Positions 25,648 to 36,434 of a DNA stretch of 64,000 bases are shown piece by piece. Position numbers and translations under genes: made by a program. Where the stretch lies: assembly GCA_002633005.1 (NCBI GenBank), contig NMRA01000246.1, positions 7,311 through 71,310 of the forward strand, written 5' to 3'. Every line of letters starts with the position of its first letter. Positions within the stretch are counted from its first letter, which is position 1. The notes under the pieces were generated by a model that did no database searches, had not been told where the DNA came from, and saw nothing but the letters and a program-made list of their open reading frames with translations. Source of the DNA: Phoronis australis. Lineage: Eukaryota > Animalia > Phoronida.

Positions 25648-28429
25648 CTTTCATCTGCATCAACAATTTGTTTACTCCTGGCTTACACGCCACATGGGAC
25701 AATTGCTGGGTGAGTCTTAGTTTAGAAACCCTTGTTCCACTTGGTTTCGTCTAAAAGTATATGTCTTTATGTGCTTTCGTGTTTCCTGAAATGAAAATAA
25801 ATTCATTTGTGAAAATATCTATAATTAAAATATGGCTTGATGTACATGTAGTCGCTCATTTTGATTTAATGGTAGTGCTATGGTATTTTTAAGTTTGGAA
25901 ACGAAAGTAACAGTAATGACTCAAAATGTGATTAATTCATTGCGCCATATTTATTTTGTAACCCTTTCACGTTATATAAGTAAAAAGTTCATAACTGTTC
26001 GGCACACTACGATGCGTTCTCGATCGCATAAACAAACAAAAATTTGCGTTTCCGATCGCTTATCTTTGCGTTTGCATCTTTCAACAGAAAAGTGTCGAAA
26101 AATAAGAAATTCTGGCAAAACTACGAAAAACAAGCGTTGTGTTATATTTTCACAAGTCACTTCTTCATAACTTTATGGTCAATCTATTGATTTAGTGCCA
26201 AAAATAACCGCAATTTGCCAAAATGACACACGAATCACCTTTGACTCAGGCGATGCCTCGTTCAACGTAACTTATCTCCAATAATTGGAACAGACACCAG
26301 CCCAAACCTCTACCTGCCCTTCCTCGTTGTGTTACGCCTTGAACTCATGTCTCTGTTTTCACATTGGAAGTAAAAACAACGTGAAGTCATCAAATTTACT
26401 CACCTTGCCTGGCTTCGCTTCTCGCAACCGGTTTCGTTCTCGATCGCTTTCCGGTCGTTCTCGATCGCGGGTTGGCCGGGGTGCAGCGGACGAACACGAT
26501 AGTGTACTCTCTGATAACGCACAGCAGGGATCGTGCAGACAGAGCGCGTGGCAGCTCGCGTGCCAACTTTCCTGGCCAGCTGTAGTCGCGCTCTGTGCCC
26601 GGTTGCATGACACAATTCCAAACAGGGACTCAACTAAGTTCCGTAAATGTTTTGCAAATTTGTTTCGTTCTTTGCACACAGATGTAATATTTATCTATCA
26701 TTTTATCTTCATTACGATCTCTTCTTTGACTAATGACAATTTGTAATAATGAGTATAAAAACTGTTTTGGTGCTTCGGAGGGCCGTCTGCCGTTTCTCTC
26801 AGAAAAGGTGCGTTCTTCCTGGTTCGATGATATACGTCTTGTTTATGGTGCGTTTAAAACGAGTGGCTGTCTGGTGCTAGTTGTGCCGGTTTGTACAGCT
26901 GTACAGACCTAACGAAGCCGAACGTGAGTCGATGACCTGACGGAGCCGAACCCGGCTTTGGGTCTATTGGTTGTGGTTCGAGGGGGTCGTGGGTCGAGGG
27001 GGTTATGGGTCGAGGAGGTTGCGGGTCGAGGGGGTCGTGGGTCAAGGGGTGTGGGGAGCGAGCGGGTTTTAGAACACTCTTTTTTGTTGTAAAGCTAACC
27101 AATGACTGCTGAGGTTACATCAACCAGTGATAAGGCACGTACTACATAATTAACGATACTTGCGTGATATCTACACGCAGGGAACTAGAGTTGGCACTGA
27201 GAATTTCCAACTGTCTCCTCGACTGAATTTTGATCAAGACTTTTACATCAAATAAAGCCTAATTCCATTGCTTCATTTTCATTTTGTTACTACGGTTCAA
27301 TAAGCGAATCTCTTGGGGAACGGTTCCATACAGTCAGCGGCGATTCCTTGGCTTAATTATTCAATAAACTCAACAATTACACTGGTCATTCTTTATAAGC
27401 AGCCACCAGTGGCCCTAGGTGGATGCCAGGAGTAGTATGGCCAAGGATATTGCAACTATAATATCTTTGGTTTGGCCTCTGACATCCTTTCAACTCCAGT
27501 GGTTGAACGGCTTTCGACAACCCATCATGGTATATGCCAGGAGTTTTTCAACAAGACATTTTTGGGTGTTACCGTGTTTTACTGAAAGAAGTTACATTTT
27601 CGATTTCTGAGAAGTAGGCATTATCTGTAGTTTTTACCTATATCTGTAAAATAAAGTTTTAAAAATGAAAAGTTTACCTTGTAAAAGAACCCAATCCATT
27701 ACTCCGTGTTGCTAACCGCGTATAGTTTACATGTATTTGCCAATTGCCCGAAAATAACGGACTGTACCACTTTTTTGGCCATCAAGCCACGTCGTCTAAA
27801 TGTCCCTCTTGTTGACACACAGCCTAATTGACATATTATTATACTATTGTAATTTCCCACTCGACTTAAAGAAAAAACTGGACGTTTCATGGGTTTTTGC
27901 GGCACCCACAATTTACCATTCAACTATAAATAACAACAGCAAAAAACGCTGCCGGCTACTTTTGGGTGTTACCTCTCCTGTTCGACAAAAACGCTGTCCG
28001 ACGATACGTCTTTGGGTGTTGCATCGAAAATTTCACCCTTACGTTGTGGCTTAGACCCAGGTGTTCTCTTTTTATCCTGAAGTCCCCCTTTTCAATCGTG
28101 TTCTTTTATTCGTGAATGTTGACCCTGAAAACTATGCAACAGGTGTTCAAAATAACATTGTTTATTTTTATAAATAATGTTATTTTTTCTAAAGCCCACT
28201 TTCTTTAGTAACATACCAATCGTAAAATTGTGTTCCAATGTCTGTTGCTAACGGTAACATACACTACATGTATCAGGATCACTAACTTTTACTTTCTGAA
28301 GAAAATTATTTATTTCCAACTTTTAAGGAAAATCCTACACTGCAACCAATGTGATGAACTATCCACAATACATTTCAAAGCTACGTGTTAGACGTTGCAA
28401 ATTTTTATCTACCAAAAAACTGTTATCTT

Positions 28430-31400
28430 CAAAGTTCGTACACAAAATTACCTGAAACACAGATGTTGTGTGCTGCCTCTCCATGTTCTGTCATCAGCTA
28501 GATTGCATCCTCATTGATAATGTCGATGCCTAATCTGGAATCATCTCGGATGCCGGGTCCCCGAAGTTGATCAGGTTTCGGTCATCACTTGGAGTGCCAC
28601 TTGTTGCCTTGCTGTAACCATAGCCACGACGACTCCTCTTCTGCTGATCTCATCACTGTCTGCACCAAATTCTTCCTTGACACTGTGCTGATTACCTAGG
28701 AACGCCATCGACCTCCACGTGCTGCTCCCGATGAAACTTCTACATCCTACATGTACTTCAATTGGCATACAAAAAAACGTCCAACCAGCTCCGAACGATC
28801 ATAGGAAAGATCTGCATACTTTAGCCTTTTCCTCTCATTGGACTCCACCATTCGGGATGCCCAATGTACTGTAAGTTCTACGATGATGACCGTCTCCATA
28901 CCATCTGACCATGACACCAAGTCACGTCGGAGTGTCGTCATCCCTATATAGCTTGGTCCTACATCCACAACCATCTTCCAATACACCTGCATCTTTCCTC
29001 TTCCCAGATTCATCTTCTCTGCAAAACAATATCATCGGGCTGTCAGTGTCGCTAACCGACTTCCTTCTTTCTAGGTCCAAAACATGAGCCTTGAGTATCT
29101 AATCATGTCTCCACTTATATTTGCCTTCATTCAAAGCCGACTTACAAGATGACAAAACGTGATGTAAAGTGAAGCGTTTCCCGCAACTGGCGCAATGCTT
29201 CCCCACAACTTTGGGTTTGGCGGACTAGAGAGTACATTATACACAGAACGCAGTGGAAAACTTAATATGTACTGATCACACGAAATTAGGTCGAACTCCT
29301 TCCCACGCTGTCCAGGCGCCTTGCTTTCTCAAGCCCACAGCTTGAGAAAAGCGCTTCTCCTCTTCCTGGTGATGCACTTCGTCTAAAACCATTGAACGAG
29401 GATTTTCCCTCTAGTTATCTTCCATCTCTGAGATGGGATCATACCAAGGCCTTCACGCCCTCGGGAAACTGCCCCTACCAAATCTTTACGACGAAGCGTG
29501 CTTGCTGCTGCTGCTACTTCCTCCTCTGGACACCACTTTGTTCCTGCAGAAACGCCAATCTTTACACTGCTGATATCTCCATCTTTTGAGTCCCGCAAAG
29601 TCAGGAAAGTCTGTACTTAATGAAATTAAACTCTTCCACAGTAGATCGTTTTGGTAGGTTTACTGCTGAAGACCTCATGTACAGGCTCAACCTGGTGAGA
29701 AATTCCGCAGCCAGCGGCTGACCAAGCGCTTCATTCTTTCGGCTACTGCTATAGGTAGATCGTACACTGTCAATGGCCCCATGACCTTTGGGAATGGAAC
29801 AAACTGGAAACGCGACACCTTAAAGCGACCAGGTAATGCACATTCATCGCTCTTCTGAAGATTCTCCTGTAAACTTCCCAGTGCTGTTTTTACATGGCCT
29901 CCATCCTTCAATGTGCCGTCATAATCTTTCCCCAGATAGTTCATTTTCACTGATTTCTCAGACACGGAAGGTATCACGCCTTTATCCCATTCGCGTTGAA
30001 TCTGTCAAGGGAAATACGGCCATGTAATAAAGTTTTCCGTATTCACCTCTCGCACTATTTCAGCTGAGACATCTGACATGGAAAGTTCAAAAGTTAGGTC
30101 AATGTCGACTCGACGTCGTTAGTCGGTGTGATCACCAATTTAAACTTTCGGAAAATAGTTTAAAGTAATACATTTATAGCAGTGTAAATAACGCTCAACA
30201 TACAATCAGGTCTCAATCGTAACATCTGGAACAGGACTGTTAATTATATGACAGTTCTGTCTCAATTTTCATTTGCTAAATATTTTATCGTCTGCAACTC
30301 AGGCGCCGATTCTTCGGTAACTCAATATCAAATCTTGTTGTTATTTGACTATTTTCATGAGATGTTACAAGTTCAATGAAAATTTAACCTTGTTTTCATC
30401 TTTGTTATCTCTTTTCAAGTAATAAATTGTCACATTCAAAACTGTTTCTTTTACTAGAGAAAACTTGAAGCTAACGCGCAAGTACATGCATATAGAATGT
30501 GATCTGTCACGTGAGTGTAGTATTCAAAAAATCTGCGGAAAAATGAAAGATACCGAGGAATTCGAACCGTATGAGTTAAATGCAAATTCGGGCTCGTTCG
30601 ATACGTGTAATAATGTCGAGTAGGATATTACTTCATGTACGCCACTTTCGGTACCGTTTGTGTATACATCCACTCTAAAAGTGGAATGAGGGTTAATCTT
30701 GCCTCGAACCAGCACTTAACTATTGGATTTCGCTGCCTTAATCGTCATGCGAGCCCACCTGGCTAGATCACCCAAGCCTTTTAGAATCCGTCCTGCCCCT
30801 TAATGCAGACTGAGTTGTAACTGTGCGATCATCCACATATGTACGACAACTTGGTATACGCTTGTTCTATAATAAAGGTCCCCTCTTCTCTTTGGATGGT
30901 CGCTTAATCATAACATTCATGGCCATCGCAAACAAAATTATGGAAATTGTACAACCTGTCATGATCCGCGACTGACACTCCGTTGTAAAACCATTCACTG
31001 AGAATTTCGCCCTTTATCTTGTCAAGTATTTGCTGATGAGAGACCGCAAATGATACATATACATCGCTTTCTCTATGCAATGTAAGTTTGTGCGGCATAG
31101 ACCCATAGGCATTAGCCATGTCAACCCATATCGCCGACAGGTCTTTTTTGATTTCTTTGCATCCCTGATTAACTCCGTGATCACACAGTTGTGTTCTAAA
31201 CAACCAGAGTAGCGGGAAATGCCTTCCTTCTTCGCTGAAGGGTTGCTATAGCTGTTCTCCAACAAATATGTCGTCAGTATGTCTGCCAGCACAGCAAAAA
31301 ACTTTACCCTCCACATCCAATAACGAATTAGGGCGGAAGTCACCAATCTTGACTAAGCCTTTGCTTTTTGGAATGTACACCCCTTGTGCATTTCCCCATC

Positions 31401-32610
31401 TCCATGGCAACTCCTTAGCGCTCGGAGCGCCAGGACTCTCTCATCAGCTTCCAAAAACGGTGTAATAACTTTGGGCACTTCTTATACACGGTGTAAGGTA
31501 GCCCGGATTAGCCTGGAACTGATCCCGGCTTGGCGTTCGTGACCACCTTCCTGAAATCGCAGAACTTAAAATCGCCAACCTCCAAAGGTACACTTGGAAA
31601 TTCCTATTCATTCATCCAATCAAAATATCCCAAAGGTTCCTTGCATCGAGTATCACTGTGAACTTCCTCCAGATGTTTCCCCAGCTCCTCTTTAGAACAT
31701 CTGAGCTAACTCAACCTGCGTGCTTAGCCCAGCCAGCACGCACCTTTCACGCAGAGGCACGCGCTTTAGCATAGGTCGATGTAACCTCGGCAGTCATTGG
31801 TTAGCTTTACAACACCGTGAAAAAATGGTGGACTGTGAACGATGTTTACCATTGTCATGCAAGTCGCGTCGCAGCAACTATTTCGTTTCTGCAGTGCTGC
31901 TTAATAGCCGCATGGTTGAAGCACATACAAGTACAATAAGCACATATCTGACCGATTTAAACTGTGTGTTATTCATACTGTATAAATACAGGACACTATC
32001 GTAAACAAAAGTCATCGACAGTAGAAAGACGCAATCCGAAAAGACGCAATCACAATTTCTAGGCTTCACATTTCCTGATCATAAATTTAAGTACCGGTTT
32101 GTCTGTACAACAGACCACATTATTTTACACTTCAGCCATGCCAGTTTGTTTGCGTAATGCGCTGCCTGTTGAGAATTCGACTAGCCAATCCGAAACGATG
32201 GTTTAAAAAAAATCCCGAGGAAATAGATACCTGCGCGTTGGCGCTCCACCTAGCGGCACGCAGGGAACCAGCGAGCTGAGCTAACCGCTTGCTTCTTTCC
32301 CAAAAAGCTTCTTCGTGAACTTGTTTGGATTGAACAAAAATTTCTTTCTCTTCCGGATCTTCTCGAACTTCTGCCTTTTAAGCTGCTCTGCCTTGTACAA
32401 AGATAAAAGTCTCTCCCTCAGCTCCTGGGCCTAACCTCTCCTCTCATGACTCTCAGCTCTCTTCTGCTGCCTCTTAAGGTTTCTCATCTCCGCCCGAATC
32501 TCCTTAATAACCATGTGTCTTCTACTAGGCCCTTGCGTGGTTGGATTCTTCCTCTTCGCCGCCACGCCAAATTTCGGATACCCGCACTTCGGAGTAAATG
32601 TCTGCATTCC
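28430..32610 (-). mobile_element. Degenerate HERO/NeSL-like non-LTR retrotransposon (RT, CCHC zinc knuckle, restriction-like endonuclease), interrupted by two insertions
   Basis: Minus-strand peptides in the expected order: FLFNPNKFTKKLFGK..SG; SKEELGKHLEEVHSD; VPG..GLPYTVYKKCP; GCLEHNCVI; WVDMANAYGSMPH; WARMTIK..KS; YLGK.Y...LKD; LPGRFK; G.KW; CGKRFTLHHVLSSC..AL..GKYKWRHD; IVELTVHW...ERK..KY.DL; EV..GCRSF. Insertions at about 29985-30665 and at 31711-32275. Confidence 0.88.
31711..32275. mobile_element. 565-bp non-autonomous insertion with a 10-bp flanking direct repeat, inside the HERO-like ORF
   Basis: ctgagctaac at 31701-31710 and 32276-32285. Removing the insert restores the peptide GKEASG*LRCSKEELG. 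Contains the repeat shared with 22355-22627. Confidence 0.8.
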
Positions 32611-34113
32611 AAACTTTTACAGAAGAATATAATTGTATCAAACGGAACCAAAGGTTCAAGTAATTGTAATATATAAAGATGTATAGTTTGGATGAATGCC
32701 CGACTAAATTATCCTCACCAAATTTGAGAGACACCTTTGTCTCTATAGTGTAGAAATCTTTTGAATCATTGAAATTATTTTTCATTTACATAAATTATAA
32801 CCTCTTTAATTTATTTCCCTTTTCATGATACTTTACACGCTATAATTTTTCGCATTTTGCCACACTCATAGTTTTTAGAATTACGTAATATTTTTAAACC
32901 AGTCAGGTATACGAAATGACAATTACTATGAATTAAATTATTTATGTTTTGCTTCTAGTATAATCATCAAAAACTGACCAAGGGCTTTCTAATGATATGG
33001 CTATTATCCAATTCGGTAGAAAAACGGCGAATGCAAACAACTTTCACGCATGTGCGGCGTAACCTCAGCAGCCTCAAGATTGAAGATGGCATTCCAGGGC
33101 TAGAGTTCTATGCATTATGTTATGCCCTGGGTAGAGTTCGATACATGTCTCGCAGCGAGAAAAAATCTAGCCAAAATCACGTACTGTCATTGAAAATACA
33201 CAGGAATATCTCTTGAGATCTTGCTTTTCTAGCCAGGATCTAGCGTTATTGAACTCCATCCTGGTCATGCCAATCCTACACTGTACCCGTTGTGTAGTAG
33301 TCATATCAAACACCTAACGTTTCTCACGTTGAAAACGCGGTGACATAAAATGCCATTTTATGTTTAGTAAAATATATGGAATTGTTGGAGAAAACATAAG
33401 AAGTGGTGTTGCCAGTTCTCCTTCCTGCTGTGTTTGTTCGCCTAGTATTTTATGCCGTTGAGGTTTTATTCTTGCAAACTGTTACGTAATTTTCATCATC
33501 TTACTCTTTGGACTCCATTTTCGCTAAAAGCTAAACAAATTGAATTTTTGAGCAAACCAACTTTTCAAAAACATATTCCCAAATAATTCCCAGCCAAAAT
33601 GATATCATTGTTTGGAAATGAACGTTTTCTGAAATGAATGAGTCCAAAATCCAAATTTACGTTATTCTACGCATTTCACTGATTAAATCCTCAGTAATTC
33701 GATCAGTTTTTCCCAACCCCTGAAAATAAAATACACTTTATTGTGCGCCTTTTCATTATGAGATTGAAGATCAGTGTAACATGCATCTACCGCCGGTACT
33801 ATAAATGGGTTTCATAGTCCATGATTGGCCAATGCTGTTGTTGCAATACTCAATATTTGTGACTGTAAAATTCAGAGAAACTTCGTTTTTACAAAGAAAT
33901 ATGCAACCTAAACCTGGATTCATGTCATACACGAAAAAAGTAAATTGCCAGATGAAAGTACTCACGAAAAGTTTGCCTAAAACTCATGGCTCATCGACAA
34001 AAAGTAACGCTTTGTTATGTCCAAATTGTGTTTTTCCTTTGTGTTTCTCCCCAAAGCTCCAATGTCTGCAAATACTCTTCACGTTGATTGAAAAAGGGTT
34101 CTTCATGGTCTTG

Positions 34114-34228
34114 GTGAAGATATGTTTATAAGTGAAATCAAATTACTCAGAGACCACTTCGAAACGTTCGAACTCTGTAATATCCGGTCTCTGAGTAAGT
34201 TGGTTTTACTTATAAACATACTCTTCAC
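34114..34228. repeat. Foldback (palindromic MITE-like) element
   Basis: tatgtttataagtgaaatcaaattactcagagacc pairs with ggtctctgagtaagttggttttacttataaacata. Confidence 0.8.
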
Positions 34229-34451
34229 GTTGTACGTGTGTAATGTAGTTCGCTACATATCCTAACTATATGGCAAATACGTCATCAGTCGATGATAAAG
34301 GCTATGATTTGATAGATAATAGGCCTACTAATCACCGCAATAAAGAAGAAATTTATGGTATAATTGCGGTTATTTTGAATTCTTCACTTCATTATGGCCA
34401 TTGGCTGACTACGTCTTGAAGCTGTTACATTTATTCTACATAGGTTTCATC

Positions 34452-34700
34452 ATGAGTGCTGTCGACAATCACGACGAAGAAGACGAGTTTATGATTGCTG
34501 CCGACTTGACGCTATACTCCAACCCTTTGACAAAGGCGTTACAGGTGGCGCAACATAAGCGACAACCCGAGAAAAAGGCGGAAAATGGCGAGAAAAATAC
34601 AGCCGAGAAAAGTGGTGAAAAAGAGGCAGAAACGGGAGACGTCATCGCCGCTGACATGACAAAATATGACAGCCCATTGACATGTGCTCTCACAAAATGA
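34452..34700 (+). CDS. Putative small acidic orphan protein (82 aa) with two copies of an IAADxTxYxxPLTxAL motif
   Basis: Splice acceptor (ttattctacatag|) just before ATG 34452. The peptide repeat is diverged at the DNA level. The ORF is less AT-rich than its flanks. Confidence 0.6.
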   Translation: MSAVDNHDEEDEFMIAADLTLYSNPLTKALQVAQHKRQPEKKAENGEKNTAEKSGEKEAETGDVIAADMTKYDSPLTCALTK

Positions 34701-35726
34701 CTGAACACTGACAAAAGTTATAATGGGATGGGCATGAGCTTCTTACAACATCTCTTGTGCCGCTTTTTATTGCCCATCTTATCAGCTGATCATCATTTTT
34801 ATTTTACTTATCTGTATTCACTATATTTACTTGTAATTGTACTAGTCGTAATAAATGACCTTATATCCCCTACCTCGGTCTCCTTTTCATCTTTGACAGC
34901 TCCAAAGCTGAGACAGTCACAGATACTTGAGATGAACACACAAATTGCTTTTTGCTGGAGACAGTTGATTTCAAAAAGTTGGAATTTGTAGGTTGTCAGT
35001 ATATGCGCAGTCAGTTAAACAGGAATTTGATTGGTTCTGTTACTGTAAGCTATACAGAGAGAGCACAGCAAATATTATGCAGATTTAGATGAACATCATT
35101 GTATATAAAACAAAAAATCAAGTCATGGTTATTCTATACATTAGGATTGCGTAATATTCCTGTGTAAAGAGTGTAAAATCTCAGTCAGTCTTTAGTAACA
35201 AGCTGCGTGTGTTGCAATGTACTTTTGGTGATCAGTATTGCAATTTTTGTGCGTGAACGAATACATTCATGTTGTTATTTTAGTGTTCATGTTTTACTTG
35301 GCGAATACACATTCAGATTTTAACTGATTGTTGGGCTCGCAATCGCTGAGTGCATTGCTGTCGATTGTTTGCATACACTGTAAATATCGAGACAAATTTC
35401 AGCACCCAAAGCAAACAAACGAGACATTTGCACAAAGAATTGTCAAGAGTCTTTTCACGAAGAGAACACTGAGATATCGACAAGTTCTAGAGTAAAGAAG
35501 ATTCGGGTGCAGGGTTAGCCCCAAACTTCAGCGATGCTTTCTTGTGCTGCTCGAAAACAACTGATTATTAAGGATTCTTGATGGGAGCTAATGACTGATT
35601 ACCAATGACAGAATTTCAAGCAAGTGAGGATCACTAATAGTTGCTCGTGTTGATCGTAATACTGTTTTGCGCGAGTGCTATGCAACATTACATTGACGTG
35701 TCAGTGACCATACGACATAACAGAGT

Positions 35727-36434
35727 ATGGCTGACGAGAATAATCAGCCAAAGAGAAGCAGCAAGGCTTCAAAAGTTGGAAGGAATACCGGAAAAAGTCG
35801 AGTTGAGGACCCAGCTGACAGAGACCAAAATTCCCGAGCAAGTCAAACTATTCCAGACGAGTCGGAAAATCACGGGGAAGATAACTTCGAACAGGTTATT
35901 GAAAATGACTCTCCCCTACGAAACAATACACCTATTCAAGAAGACGCGGATATGTTAGATCAGCCATCGAACAACGTAGAACAAGATGACGTCATTGATG
36001 AAAACAATGACGACAGTGATACCCGGAAAACAAATACGAAAAAATCAATGAACAGTTTCATGAAAAGTATGAAACTGTACAGACACAAACAAATATATTC
36101 AGTTGCCGCAAATCGGACTAAGGCACCCACAGACATTCGCTTGCCAGATTGGAGAACGGCCAATGACAAAGCGTGGAAAGCAGACGACACCACTAGTTTC
36201 CACAGCAGTCTGGCTTCCACTTCGCTGGATTTTATAGATTTCGATGCACCGACCCCTGCCAGTCAATACACGCCTGATCAATCCAATTATGGTGACGAGG
36301 CCGACGCAGATTTCAATAGCCAAAGGGGCTACAGCCAGAACTCGCTCTACAATGATGAAGGGCAGGATAGTTACATGTCTAATAGATCTCGAGACAGGGG
36401 CAGCAAGCTGTCGCCAGTGAAATATCTTGACTGA
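35727..36434 (+). CDS. Putative 235-aa hydrophilic, probably disordered protein (D/N/S/E/K-rich) of unknown function
   Basis: Long uninterrupted ORF in AT-rich DNA, purine-rich sense strand, AATAAA at about 36530. No recognisable domain. Confidence 0.6.
   Translation: MADENNQPKRSSKASKVGRNTGKSRVEDPADRDQNSRASQTIPDESENHGEDNFEQVIENDSPLRNNTPIQEDADMLDQPSNNVEQDDVIDENNDDSDTRKTNTKKSMNSFMKSMKLYRHKQIYSVAANRTKAPTDIRLPDWRTANDKAWKADDTTSFHSSLASTSLDFIDFDAPTPASQYTPDQSNYGDEADADFNSQRGYSQNSLYNDEGQDSYMSNRSRDRGSKLSPVKYLD

Larger units (their letters stand above)
23217..26483. mobile_element. Non-autonomous or decayed DNA transposon with a Transib/RAG-type end signature
   Basis: 54-bp TIRs at 23217-23270 and 26430-26483 (3 mismatches), starting CACCCCGGCCAACCCGCGATCGAGAACG. 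Perfect 5-bp TSD CAGCG at 23212-23216 and 26484-26488. Subterminal GCGATCGNGAACG repeats at both ends. Confidence 0.85.

Noticed and set aside
26285-26746. Overlapping ORFs rich in RSRS/RDRE
   Set aside because: They are translations of the TIR repeats and adjacent repeat DNA, not a credible SR protein.
28480-28590. GAAAC and CTGATGA motifs in the 3' UTR of the HERO-like element (minus strand)
   Set aside because: Could not build consistent hammerhead stems.
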